DNA from: Ottowia sp. | GTDB taxonomy: Bacteria > Pseudomonadota > Gammaproteobacteria > Burkholderiales > Burkholderiaceae | Length of the DNA: 64,000 nt | Assembly (NCBI GenBank): GCA_020853585.1 | Contig: JADYYQ010000135.1 | Coordinates: forward strand, 16,691 to 80,690 | Direction of reading: 5' to 3' | Part shown: positions 33,038-42,610 of the stretch, one piece after another | Position numbering within the stretch: the first letter of the stretch is position 1 | How the letters are laid out: each line of letters starts with the position of its first letter | Made by a program: the position numbers and the translations under genes | Notes under the pieces: model-generated | What the model saw: the letters and a program-made list of their open reading frames with translations, nothing else | The model's database searches: none | What the model was told of the DNA's origin: nothing

Positions 33038-34060
33038 ATGCACGTCGCTGTCTTAGGGGCAGGTGCTTGGGGTACCGCAGTGGCAGCGCATATTGCACGC
33101 CGTCACGCGGTTACCTTATGGGCACGCGATGGAGCATTGGTCAATACGATCAATATCCATCGCGAAAACCCCACTTATCTCCCAGGTATCACACTGCCCC
33201 AAGCGCTCACTGCCAGTACAGATTTAGCACGTTTACTCACAGATACACACACGGATCTCACCGTGATTGCAACGCCCTTGTCGGCATTAGCGCAAATATG
33301 TCAATCCATTTCAACATACAGTACAGCGCCACGCCCGCTTATTTGGCTATGCAAAGGTGTCGAGCCACATAATCATGCGCTACCTCATGAGATTGCAGCA
33401 CGCGAACTGGTGAATTACCCTCATCCTTTCGGCATACTCTCTGGTCCGAGTTTTGCGCAAGAAGTCGCGCAAGGGCTGCCTTGTGCACTTGTCTGTGCAA
33501 CCCATCACCGCACGTTGCACACCACCGTTCAGCTGGCTTTTCACCACAACAATATGCGTGTTTACACAAGCAGCGATATTGTGGGCGTCGAGTTAAGTGG
33601 CGCAATTAAAAATATTTTAGCCATTGCAACAGGAATCAGTGATGGCTTAGGGCTTGGATTAAATGCACGCGCAGCATTGATTACACGTGGCTTAACTGAA
33701 ATGACACGTTTGGGTTTAGCGCTCGGTGGAAAAACAGATACGTTTATGGGGCTAGCCGGGATGGGGGATTTAATTTTGACGGCCACAGGCGATCTTTCTC
33801 GCAATCGCAAAGTTGGATTAGCGCTCGCACAGGGCAATAAATTAAACGATATTTTGCAACAACTCGGTCATGTCGCAGAGGGCGTGTATTGCGCGCAGGC
33901 AGTACAAGCACTCGCGCAACAGCACCATATCGATATGCCTATTTGTACCGCTGTCGTAAACGTACTGACAGGCGAAGCAAGTGCCGAAGATATGGTGCGT
34001 GCATTATTAGCACGTGACCCAAAAACAGAAGGCCCTCATTCCATGCAACGACTACATTAG
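33038..34060 (+). CDS. gpsA: NAD(P)H-dependent glycerol-3-phosphate dehydrogenase
   Basis: 340 aa. N-terminal VLGAGAWGTAVA Rossmann loop. Confidence 0.9.
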   Translation: MHVAVLGAGAWGTAVAAHIARRHAVTLWARDGALVNTINIHRENPTYLPGITLPQALTASTDLARLLTDTHTDLTVIATPLSALAQICQSISTYSTAPRPLIWLCKGVEPHNHALPHEIAARELVNYPHPFGILSGPSFAQEVAQGLPCALVCATHHRTLHTTVQLAFHHNNMRVYTSSDIVGVELSGAIKNILAIATGISDGLGLGLNARAALITRGLTEMTRLGLALGGKTDTFMGLAGMGDLILTATGDLSRNRKVGLALAQGNKLNDILQQLGHVAEGVYCAQAVQALAQQHHIDMPICTAVVNVLTGEASAEDMVRALLARDPKTEGPHSMQRLH

Positions 34061-34320
34061 GTTTCGCGCATCATCTTAAAACGCGTCTTACTAAGACAGG
34101 CGCACAGAAGTCAAATGGCCTTATATATATATGAGAGAAGCGGGAACCAAGGTTATCTATTTCTCTCTAAATAGCGAGCGCTGCTTAACGTTAAATTGAA
34201 ACCCTCGAAGTACCCGACACCGTGCCACACCCTCTTAAGGGGTGCCGACCGAGTAGCTTAAGCAAAAAATCTATTGGCCCTGCCTTACATACATATAGCG
34301 CTGGCACATCAAGACAGCGA

Positions 34321-34791
34321 TCACACGCCACCCGCAAAAGCTTGTTGACGCCACGCCTCAAAGGCCGCTATCGCCACCGTATTCGATAAATTTAAACTAC
34401 GACTACCCACTTGCATCGGCAAACGAACACGCTGATGAGTGGGCACAAGTAAGCGCTGATCAAGTGTTAGCCCACGCGTTTCGGAACCAAACACTAACCA
34501 ATCACCCGGCTTAAAAGCAGTTTGAAAAAAAAGTCCCTCTCCCTTTGTGGTAAATAAAAATACCCGGGCTAAATCAGGCTGACAATGCGCCAACCAATCT
34601 ACCCAAGAAGCGTGTATGTGTAGGTTCGCAAATTCGTGATAATCCAAGCCAGCGCGCCGCATCTTCGCATCATCTAAGGTAAACCCAAGCGGTTCAATCA
34701 AATGGAGCGTCGCACCTGTGTTAGCACACAAGCGAATAATGTTGCCGGTATTCGGAGGAATCTCCGGCTCAACAAGAACAATATGAAACAT
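34321..34791 (-). CDS. trmL: tRNA (cytidine/uridine-34 2'-O)-methyltransferase, SpoU/TrmL family
   Basis: 156 aa. MFHIVLVEPEIPPNTGNIIRLCANTG is the typical TrmL N-terminus. Confidence 0.85.
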   Translation of the reverse strand: MFHIVLVEPEIPPNTGNIIRLCANTGATLHLIEPLGFTLDDAKMRRAGLDYHEFANLHIHASWVDWLAHCQPDLARVFLFTTKGEGLFFQTAFKPGDWLVFGSETRGLTLDQRLLVPTHQRVRLPMQVGSRSLNLSNTVAIAAFEAWRQQAFAGGV

Positions 34792-34812
34792 ATCAATAAA
34801 TAAAGGTAATTT

Positions 34813-35622
34813 TTAAGGACCGAGAACCGGCGATGTTACTTGAGAACGCGTCTTTTCTTTTGGTGTGCGTAATACAACGTAATTACGAACACTCAATGCC
34901 CCTGCACGCAGCAATGCACGCGCGGCCGCTTCCAGCGTTTCTCCTGAAGTCATCACATCATCGACGACACCAATGTGTTGCCCTCGAACACGCTCTTGTG
35001 CGATAAAAGCACCCCGTAAATTTTTGCGTCGAGCCAATGAGGACAACCCGGCTTGCATCGACGTATCACGTATTCTGATTAAACTTTTTGCACACGCAGG
35101 AATATGGCTTTGTCGCGCAAATCGCCGCGTGATTTCCCACGCTTGGTTATAGCCTCGTGCCGACAATCGTTTAGCGCCCAGAGGAATAGGTAATAACAAT
35201 TGCGGCAACGGTATCGTTAAACAGTTTTGCTGGCATGCTTGTGCCAAAGCAGTGGCAAAAAAATGCGCCAGAGGTAATTTTCCACCAAATTTCAGTGCCC
35301 AAATTAAGCGCTCTTGGGGTGCAGCATAATCACCCAACACCGTCGTTGAAATAAAAGCCGGTGGCTTATACAGACAAGCACCACAGAGTAAACCTAGCGC
35401 GCCTTCTGCACTCGCATCCAAATGATGTGCACAACATGCGCAACGACGCGACGCAACACCTAACCATGTGGCGCAACAAACACCACACACCAAAGCCGGC
35501 GAGCGCGCGTCACATAACTGGCACATATTGGGTAATACACCCTGCCAACCTGGCCATCGTTTGACCCGCTCATATAGAGAACCAATACACACCGTTATAC
35601 TGCGCGCTACTTGTAGCCCCAT
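34813..35622 (-). CDS. comF: ComF-family phosphoribosyltransferase-domain protein
   Basis: N-terminal Cys clusters (CQLCD, CGVCC). PRTase motif IGVVDDVMTSGETL. The exact start is uncertain. Confidence 0.7.
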   Translation of the reverse strand: MGLQVARSITVCIGSLYERVKRWPGWQGVLPNMCQLCDARSPALVCGVCCATWLGVASRRCACCAHHLDASAEGALGLLCGACLYKPPAFISTTVLGDYAAPQERLIWALKFGGKLPLAHFFATALAQACQQNCLTIPLPQLLLPIPLGAKRLSARGYNQAWEITRRFARQSHIPACAKSLIRIRDTSMQAGLSSLARRKNLRGAFIAQERVRGQHIGVVDDVMTSGETLEAAARALLRAGALSVRNYVVLRTPKEKTRSQVTSPVLGP

Positions 35623-35633
35623 CTATTCCCCCC

Positions 35634-36557
35634 ATGGAAAAATCGATCCCTCGCCAATTTGACCTGCCACGCTTACATTCTGCATTTGACCACCGTGCAG
35701 CACGTTTTGTTGCGAACGATTTTGTACCTAGAGAAGTGATGCAACGTTTACAAGAACACTTGGCGCCAATCAAATTGACGCCTCGACGTATTTTAGATGT
35801 GGGGTGTGCAACCGGAAATGCGTTTTCTCCTCTACAAAAAATTTATCCCTGTGCACATATCATCGGATTAGACTGGTCCGCTGCCATGCTTACTTATGCA
35901 CAGGCTACACAAGGCGGTATCCTTGCCCGTCTAAAACGCGCCCTTGCCCATAAGCAACGCTGTCAAATAGTACAAGCAGATTGGTCTTCTCTTCCCATTG
36001 CTAACCGCACAATCGATTTACTGTGGTCCAATCTCGCGCTGCATTGGTCAAGTGCCCCTCACCAAACCTTATCAGAGTGGGCGCGCGTATTAGATACAAA
36101 CGGCTTACTCATATTTAGTACACTCGGTCCAGATAGTCTTAAAGAGTTGCGCCACGCATTTACCGCAGTCGATGCAGTACCGCACATACCCGACTTTGTT
36201 GATATGCACGATCTAGGTGACATGCTCGTACACAGTGGATTAGCTAATCCTGTGATGGAGAGCGAATACCTCACACTCACATACACAACACCGCAAGCGC
36301 TGCTCACCGATGTCAGATCGCTAGGGATTTATCCCGGCAGCGACGCAAAGAAAGGTTTGCACGGACGAACATGGCATCATCGTTTACTTGCCGCGATTGA
36401 ATCACAACGCAACAAAGAGGGATGTATTGCGCTCACATTGGAGTTAGTTTACGGGCATGCCTGGCAACTCACCTGCGTAACGGAAAAACAAAGTACACCC
36501 CAGCTCGCTTTTATACAAGCCAATCAAATCCAGCGAGCGGGATCTACCAAAAAATAA
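35634..36557 (+). CDS. bioC: Class I SAM-dependent methyltransferase, BioC-like (tentative malonyl-ACP O-methyltransferase)
   Basis: 307 aa. SAM motif ILDVGCATGN. N-terminal FDHRAARF... resembles BioC. Divergent from comF. Confidence 0.55.
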   Translation: MEKSIPRQFDLPRLHSAFDHRAARFVANDFVPREVMQRLQEHLAPIKLTPRRILDVGCATGNAFSPLQKIYPCAHIIGLDWSAAMLTYAQATQGGILARLKRALAHKQRCQIVQADWSSLPIANRTIDLLWSNLALHWSSAPHQTLSEWARVLDTNGLLIFSTLGPDSLKELRHAFTAVDAVPHIPDFVDMHDLGDMLVHSGLANPVMESEYLTLTYTTPQALLTDVRSLGIYPGSDAKKGLHGRTWHHRLLAAIESQRNKEGCIALTLELVYGHAWQLTCVTEKQSTPQLAFIQANQIQRAGSTKK

Positions 36558-36581
36558 ATAAAACACTGTGCTCCAAATCTA

Positions 36582-37232
36582 TCACCGCGCGGCAAGCACC
36601 TCATCACTCACATAAGGATTGTGAGCACGCTCCGCGCCAAAGGTAGATATTCGTCCATGTCCAGGAACAAACGTCACACCATCCCCTAAGGGCCACAGTT
36701 TTTCGCAAATAGAACGGATCAAATCCGCGTGATTCCCAAGAGGCAAATCTGTTCGACCAATTGCGCCTGCAAACAATACGTCACCTACAACCGCAAACCG
36801 ATCTGCTTCGCTATAAAACACAACGTGTCCTGGCGTATGCCCCGGACAATGATAAACATCGAGCTTTACCGCACCAAAACACACCGTATCGCCATCCGCC
36901 AACCAACGGCTCGGCAGCACAGGCGCCTCTTTTGGAAATCCGTAATAAACGCGTTGCGCATCGAGCTGCTCAAGCCAAGCCAATTCATCCCGATGCGGTC
37001 CCTCAATAGGTACGCCTAATTGCGCTGCTAACGTACCCGCAGCGGAACAATGATCAAGATGTCCATGGGTAAGTAAAATCTTTTCTACAGTAGCATAGCA
37101 GGCGCTCACTTGCTCAAGAATACGCGGTAAATCACCCCCCGGATCTATAATGACAGCGCTGCGGCTAGCCGCACAAATCAACAACGTGCAATTTTGCGCG
37201 AAGAGGGTTACAGGAATAATCCTAACCGCCAT
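36582..37232 (-). CDS. MBL-fold metallo-hydrolase (GloB-like)
   Basis: HxHxDH motif THGHLDHC. Start moved to MAVRIIPVTLFAQNC at 37232. Confidence 0.75.
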   Translation of the reverse strand: MAVRIIPVTLFAQNCTLLICAASRSAVIIDPGGDLPRILEQVSACYATVEKILLTHGHLDHCSAAGTLAAQLGVPIEGPHRDELAWLEQLDAQRVYYGFPKEAPVLPSRWLADGDTVCFGAVKLDVYHCPGHTPGHVVFYSEADRFAVVGDVLFAGAIGRTDLPLGNHADLIRSICEKLWPLGDGVTFVPGHGRISTFGAERAHNPYVSDEVLAAR

Positions 37233-37376
37233 TGAGCTTAACTTTAAGTCACGATTATTCGTACTTGAATAATTTAGTTTTTCGGTCGTCATCACACTAC
37301 TTTCGTCAGATTAGATACCATTCGCATTACATAACACCCCTTGTTACGTATTATTTTATTGCCGTACGTGCCGATC

Positions 37377-38072
37377 ATGACATATTTTTTTACATTATCA
37401 GCCCCACCCGCTGTCCCTATTGTCGGTCACGCGCTCGCCTTTCCTGTGCACCGTATTTATTGCGTCGGACGCAACTATGCCGACCATACTCGGGAAATGG
37501 GTGGTGATCTGCGCGACCCGCCCTTTTTTTTCGCAAAGCCAGCGGACGCAGCTCTCCCAGTACATGCTAATACCCTAGGCAAAGTCGCATACCCAGAACA
37601 AACGCAAGACCTCCATCCCGAATTAGAGCTGGTCATCGCCATTGGCAAAGAAGGAAAAAATATTAGCCAAGCGAGCGCACATACTTATATTTTTGGCTAC
37701 GCAATCGGCTTAGATATGACACGCCGCGACCTTCAAGCAGAAGCAAAAAAGCTTGGCCGACCTTGGGAGATCGCCAAAAGCTACGATCACTCCGCGCCAA
37801 TTGGTCCGATTACTCAACGCACACAATGCGGTGAACTACAACAAGCCACCCTCTGGCTAGAGGTCAATGAAGCACGCCGACAAAGCTCAGATATCAACCA
37901 GATGATCTGGAGCGTCAACGAAATTATCGCGTACCTATCACGTTATTTTGCCCTTATGCCCGGCGATCTTATTTATACCGGCACACCTGCCGGCGTTGCG
38001 AGTGTAGTACGAGGCGATCTGATCACAGCACATATAACAGGTTTAGAAACACTGCGAATCCAAATCACATAA
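37377..38072 (+). CDS. Fumarylacetoacetate hydrolase (FAH) family protein
   Basis: 231 aa. IYCVGRNYADHTREMG and ELELVIAIGK are motifs typical of FAH-family hydrolases and isomerases. Confidence 0.8.
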   Translation: MTYFFTLSAPPAVPIVGHALAFPVHRIYCVGRNYADHTREMGGDLRDPPFFFAKPADAALPVHANTLGKVAYPEQTQDLHPELELVIAIGKEGKNISQASAHTYIFGYAIGLDMTRRDLQAEAKKLGRPWEIAKSYDHSAPIGPITQRTQCGELQQATLWLEVNEARRQSSDINQMIWSVNEIIAYLSRYFALMPGDLIYTGTPAGVASVVRGDLITAHITGLETLRIQIT

Positions 38073-38142
38073 CGCTTAAGCGCAGGTATAATGCGCTGCT
38101 TAGAAATTACGGCACAAGCGTTATTCGCGAATCTGCCGTAGC

Positions 38143-38218
38143 GCGCCCGTGGCTCAATGGATAGAGTACTGCCCTCCGAAGGCAGGGGTTGCTGGTTCGA
38201 TCCCAGCCGGGCGCACCA
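38143..38218 (+). tRNA. tRNA-Arg (anticodon CCG)
   Basis: Hand-folded cloverleaf. Acceptor GCGCCCG/CGGGCGC, D arm GCTC/GAGT, anticodon arm CTGCC-CTCCGAA-GGCAG, T arm GCTGG-TTCGATC-CCAGC. Discriminator A and encoded CCA. Confidence 0.9.
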
Positions 38219-38320
38219 TTTATTTTTAATGCCGCGAGACCATGTCAATATAACTGCCGCCCCCAAAACAACGCGACGATCATTCGCATCCAGCCAACCG
38301 GCCTTTATCTGAAAATATCC

Positions 38321-38893
38321 ATGAGCGATCAACACAACGAGCACGAATCTTTAATTACCACACCCAAACAGCTTATTGCTGTTGTCATCGCCGCTTTTGT
38401 TATACCCATCGCAATTATCATATTGCTTGTCACCTATGTGGGTAATGGCAATCAAACCGGCGTGGGTGGAGACGACAGCGCGCAAGCCATTTACGAACGC
38501 ATTCGCCCCGTCGTCACGCTTGAGCTTAAAGACCCTAACGGCCCACGCATTTACAAAACAGGCGAACAAATTTATCAACAAATATGCGTCACTTGTCATG
38601 CCGCGGGCATTGCCGGTGCTCCTAAGTTTGGCGATGCAAGCGCATGGCGATCCCATATTGCCCGCGGTCATGATCAACTTATGCAATCCATACTCAAAGG
38701 CAAAGGCGCGATGCCTGCGCGAGCAGGCACCAGTCCCGATGATATTAGCGACTATGAGTTAGCACGCGCACTGGTGCATATGGTCAATGGCAGCGGCGGC
38801 AAATTTTCTGAACCTGCGCCGCCCGCGCCTATCGTGCATGTCGATGACAGCACGCCCCCCTCCGATAAGGCAGCACCTGCTGCCCCTCAATAG
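38321..38893 (+). CDS. Membrane-anchored class I c-type cytochrome (cytochrome c5-like)
   Basis: Start set at MSDQHNEHE, because the ORF-track start overlaps the tRNA. N-terminal TM helix, heme motif CVTCHAAG, Pro/Ala-rich tail. Confidence 0.75.
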   Translation: MSDQHNEHESLITTPKQLIAVVIAAFVIPIAIIILLVTYVGNGNQTGVGGDDSAQAIYERIRPVVTLELKDPNGPRIYKTGEQIYQQICVTCHAAGIAGAPKFGDASAWRSHIARGHDQLMQSILKGKGAMPARAGTSPDDISDYELARALVHMVNGSGGKFSEPAPPAPIVHVDDSTPPSDKAAPAAPQ

Positions 38894-39023
38894 CGCGATC
38901 TTGCCCATGTTACTGACCTTAAATAAGTACGTGGGCGCAAAAACACCGCCTTACTCTCCACACATATTATTAAGTAACAAGCGAATAAAATGCTTGCGTT
39001 GAAAATAAAGTGGTATTACCGGG

Positions 39024-39043
39024 GCAGCAAAGCTGCTTTTTTT
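39024..39043 (+). terminator. Candidate rho-independent terminator
   Basis: GCAGC-AAA-GCTGC followed by T7. The stem is short. Confidence 0.45.
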
Positions 39044-39453
39044 AATCGTTCGCATGATCTCTATTCCACTAATAACAATCATCTTGGTACAGCGGAAATT
39101 TTTACCTCCCCCCAATGCATTCAATGAGACGGGGTAATGGTCCCACGAAGCGCAAGTAGTTGCGAATAATGAGACAAATTGAATGACCCTTCATGCTTTG
39201 TAGGGCGCTCGACGGTGATGTCATGCTTTCGCGTCATTTCTTCTAAATTGCGTAAATAGTTAACGAGTGGGCAATATACCCATGTCGCTCGATTAAGCGA
39301 TCTAAGAATAGAAGTGCCGTCGCTTGAATACTTTGACGAGGCACAGCAATAATTGTTGCCTTAATGGTGCGTCACGGCTTTTCCTCTTTGTACCGCCTGT
39401 TTCTTAATACCCCACTTTATCGAACTACATTAATGCGACAAAAACTGCCGAGC

Positions 39454-39483
39454 TTGACAAGCAATCTAACCAAGCCGTACAAT
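39454..39483 (+). promoter_or_regulatory. Sigma-70-type promoter upstream of the TetR gene
   Basis: TTGACA (39454-39459), 18-nt spacer, TACAAT (39478-39483). Confidence 0.5.
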
Positions 39484-39487
39484 ACAA

Positions 39488-39502
39488 ACCTATTAGTCGG
39501 TA
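39488..39502. promoter_or_regulatory. Candidate TetR operator, copy 1
   Basis: ACCTATTAGTCGGTA lies just downstream of the -10. Its reverse complement TACCGACTAATAGGT matches copy 2 at 14 of 15 positions. Confidence 0.45.
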
Positions 39503-39616
39503 TATGTGATGCGCGTACTCCGCATCTCTTAACTACTAATACGCTGCTAGCGTGATGTAATCTCAATAAAATAGCACTATAAATACAGTGCGTATCTATA
39601 GAAAGGCGATGGCATT

Positions 39617-40210
39617 ATGCAACTTAAACATTTTTCAGATATCTCTGCTGCGGCCACACGCGTTGTGGATGCCGCTGAGCGCTTGATTCAGGTGCATGGT
39701 TACAACGGCTTTTCTTACGACGATATCTCACGCGAAATTGGTATCAAAAAACCAAGTATTCATCATCATTTCGCAACCAAGGCTGAATTGGTCCGCATTG
39801 TGATACAGCGCTATACAGATACATTTCGGGGGGCTTTAAATGCAATCGAAATCAGTGATAGCGGCGCCATTGCCCGCCTATTCGGATATGTCGATTTATT
39901 TTCACAAACCTATGAAAAAGACCAGCGGCTTTGCGTCTGTGGCATGTTAGGTGCTGAAGTTAAATCACTGTCCGAAGCAGCGGCGCAAGAAGTGCAATCA
40001 TTTTTTCAAATGAATTTAGATTGGCTTACAAAAATTATCAGAAATGGCTCGCAATCTGGTGAACTACGGTTTACGTCAAGCTCGCCGGAAGCACATGCTT
40101 ACGCACTTCTGAGTACGCTTGAAGGTGCCATGATAGTGGGCCGCGGATTGGCGATAAACAATGCGCCTGCGCTGGCTGGACGTACTTATATTTCAAACCT
40201 GCCAGCATAA
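39617..40210 (+). CDS. TetR/AcrR-family transcriptional regulator
   Basis: 197 aa. N-terminal [30 protein letters not shown]. Confidence 0.85.
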   Translation: MQLKHFSDISAAATRVVDAAERLIQVHGYNGFSYDDISREIGIKKPSIHHHFATKAELVRIVIQRYTDTFRGALNAIEISDSGAIARLFGYVDLFSQTYEKDQRLCVCGMLGAEVKSLSEAAAQEVQSFFQMNLDWLTKIIRNGSQSGELRFTSSSPEAHAYALLSTLEGAMIVGRGLAINNAPALAGRTYISNLPA

Positions 40211-40227
40211 CGCGGGCAGACTCAACC

Positions 40228-40248
40228 CTGGCTCAAGCCAGTTTTTTT
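40228..40248 (+). terminator. Rho-independent terminator after the TetR gene
   Basis: CTGGC-TCAA-GCCAG followed by T7. Confidence 0.6.
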
Positions 40249-40260
40249 ACCTCGAAAACC

Positions 40261-40276
40261 TACCGATTAATAGGTA
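40261..40276. promoter_or_regulatory. Candidate TetR operator, copy 2 (near-palindrome)
   Basis: TACCGATTAATAGGTA lies 14 nt upstream of the SDR start codon. Near-identical to copy 1. Confidence 0.45.
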
Positions 40277-40289
40277 TAAAGGAAATAGC

Positions 40290-41069
40290 ATGAAAGCACG
40301 TTTTTTGGGCAAACAACTCCTCGTCATTGGTGGCACTAGCGGCATGGGCATGGAAACAGCACGGCTTGTTTTAAAAGAAGGGGGCTCAGTTATTATTGTC
40401 GGCCACCAAGCACAGAAAACAGAACTGGCACGCGCAGCCCTGGCCCCCCTCGGTCAAGTAAATACCATCACAGCCGATCTCACCAAAGAAACCGATCTCC
40501 ACCACTTAGTGACACAGATAAAAACAACGTATCCAAATATCAATCTATTACTGAATGCTGCCGGCGTATTTTCCCCCAAGCCATTCTTAGCACATACAGA
40601 AGCCGACTATGATCAATACCTTGCCTTAAATCGTGCATTTTTCTTTATCACACAAGCGTTTGCCAGCCATTTAATTGCAGCAGAACGGCCAGGCGCGATC
40701 GTTAATATTGGCTCAATGTGGGCAAAGCAAGCCATCGAAGCCACACCTTCATCAGCTTATTCCATGGCAAAAGCAGGTCTGCACGCAATGACGCAGCACC
40801 TTGCGATGGAATTGGCGAGCAAAAAAATTCGCGTCAATGCAGTTTCCCCTGCTGTTGTCCAGACACCCATTTATGAAGGATTTATCCCGAAAGACCAGGT
40901 GCAAGCGGTATTACAGGGATTTAACGCCTTCCATCCGATTGGCCGTGTAGGTATCCCTCAGGATGTTGCACAGGTTATAGCCTTTCTCTTATCTGATGAA
41001 GCGGCTTGGGTGACAGGTGCAATTTGGGATGTCGATGGAGGCGTGATGGCAGGTCGTAACAAATATTAG
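40290..41069 (+). CDS. SDR-family oxidoreductase
   Basis: Start at [20 protein letters not shown] (TGxxxGxG). Catalytic YSMAKAG (YxxxK). Confidence 0.85.
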   Translation: MKARFLGKQLLVIGGTSGMGMETARLVLKEGGSVIIVGHQAQKTELARAALAPLGQVNTITADLTKETDLHHLVTQIKTTYPNINLLLNAAGVFSPKPFLAHTEADYDQYLALNRAFFFITQAFASHLIAAERPGAIVNIGSMWAKQAIEATPSSAYSMAKAGLHAMTQHLAMELASKKIRVNAVSPAVVQTPIYEGFIPKDQVQAVLQGFNAFHPIGRVGIPQDVAQVIAFLLSDEAAWVTGAIWDVDGGVMAGRNKY

Positions 41070-41218
41070 TCAAGATTTACTCAAAGGGGTGGGGCGTTGC
41101 TAGATTGATTCAATAGAGTGATTGATAAGCGACTGCCCCGCCTTTGAAGATATATACGCCATCTAAATAACGATGACTCATGGGAAGCCAATACTACGCA
41201 ATCCATGAGTCATCAACG

Positions 41219-41251
41219 CATACTACCCAGTGTGTGGGTAGTATGTTTTTT
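41219..41251 (+). terminator. Strong rho-independent terminator
   Basis: CATACTACCCA-GTGTG-TGGGTAGTATG (11-bp stem) followed by T6. Confidence 0.65.
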
Positions 41252-41310
41252 GGGTAAGGTAATCCCCATCAAGATACTTATCATGATGCGCTAATTACCC
41301 ATACTGTCGA

Positions 41311-42510
41311 CTAGAGCCGCTCAATAATTCCCGCGGCGCCCATCCCTGTACCCACACACATCGTGACCATCCCATATTTACCTGCTTGACGACGCAAACC
41401 ATGCACTACCGTAGCAGCACGAATTGCCCCCGTAGCGCCCAATGGATGACCTAAAGCAATCGCCCCGCCCAAAGGATTGGTTTTTTCGGGATCTAAATGC
41501 AATTCGCGCAACACCGCGAGTGATTGCGCAGCAAATGCTTCATTTAATTCGATCCAATCTAAATCATCTTGCTTTATCCCAGCCGCAGCCAATGCCGCAG
41601 GAATGGCGGTAATTGGGCCAATACCCATATATTCAGGTGGAACCCCTCGCACAGCAAAGCTTACAAAACGCGCCAAAGGCGTCAAATTAAAACGTTTAAC
41701 CGCCGACTCAGACGCTAAAATTAATGCCCCCGCACCATCGGACATTTGCGAGCTATTACCGGCAGTCACGCTCCCGCCCATGGCAAATACGGGCTTTAAT
41801 TTAGCCAATGCCGCCAATGTTGTATCAGCACGTGGCCCGGCATCTTGAGAAAAACGATGTGTCTTCACCGTCACCTCGCAGCGGCTGAAATCAGGGCGGT
41901 ATGCCGGTATCTCTAACGCACATATTTCATCATTAAATGCCCCCGCAGCTTGTGCAGCTAGCGCCTTTCGATGCGAGCCCAATGCAAATTGATCTTGATC
42001 CTCCCGACTCACCTGCCATTTTTGTGCCACTTTCTCAGCGGTCAAACCCATTCCATACGCAATACCTATATGGTCATCCTGCTCAAAAATAGCCGGGGAA
42101 AGTGAGGGCGTGTTACCCATAATCGGTACCATCGACATCGACTCAACACCGGCGGCGATCATCACATCCGATTCCCCCACACGAATGCGATCTGCCGCCA
42201 TCGCCAATGCGGTTAAACCAGACGCACAAAAACGATTAACCGTCGCCCCACCTACTGATACTGGTAGGCCCGCTAATAGGGCAGCAATACGTGCCACATT
42301 TAATCCTTGTTGTGCTTCCGGAATCGCACATCCCACAATCACATCTTCGATTGCAGCTGGATCAAGTCCAGGTACACGCGCCAACACCGCTTGCAATACC
42401 ATAGCCAATAAATCATCTGGGCGCGTGTAACGTAAATCACCCTGTGGTGCTTTAGCAATGGGCGCGCGTGTCGCCGCAACGATGTAAGCATCTTGTAATG
42501 ATCGTTTCAT
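41311..42510 (-). CDS. Acetyl-CoA C-acyltransferase (thiolase)
   Basis: 399 aa. Active-site Cys region VNRFCASGL. C-terminal CVGTGMG. GGAGAT RBS before the Met at 42510. Confidence 0.9.
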   Translation of the reverse strand: MKRSLQDAYIVAATRAPIAKAPQGDLRYTRPDDLLAMVLQAVLARVPGLDPAAIEDVIVGCAIPEAQQGLNVARIAALLAGLPVSVGGATVNRFCASGLTALAMAADRIRVGESDVMIAAGVESMSMVPIMGNTPSLSPAIFEQDDHIGIAYGMGLTAEKVAQKWQVSREDQDQFALGSHRKALAAQAAGAFNDEICALEIPAYRPDFSRCEVTVKTHRFSQDAGPRADTTLAALAKLKPVFAMGGSVTAGNSSQMSDGAGALILASESAVKRFNLTPLARFVSFAVRGVPPEYMGIGPITAIPAALAAAGIKQDDLDWIELNEAFAAQSLAVLRELHLDPEKTNPLGGAIALGHPLGATGAIRAATVVHGLRRQAGKYGMVTMCVGTGMGAAGIIERL

Positions 42511-42610
42511 GTTATCTCCGTTAAGCAATCACCTTGTCGCCTGCAACAAGGTTGTAAGTAGTGGTTGAACACATAATCGACACACCATCGATTAAGCTGT
42601 TGCTAGAAGA

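Noticed and set aside
37973-38344. 123-aa minus-strand ORF, and the 38189 start of the plus-strand ORF
   Set aside because: Both overlap the well-folded tRNA-Arg(CCG) gene. The cytochrome gene has a clean start at 38321.
39364-39555. 63-aa plus-strand ORF upstream of the TetR gene
   Set aside because: It overlaps the predicted promoter and operator, has no RBS, and has an unremarkable composition. It is most likely non-coding leader.
38143-41310. Genomic island integrated at tRNA-Arg
   Set aside because: There is no integrase or other mobility gene. I could not spot a direct repeat of the tRNA 3' end by eye. The downstream genes (cytochrome c, TetR, SDR) are ordinary chromosomal types.
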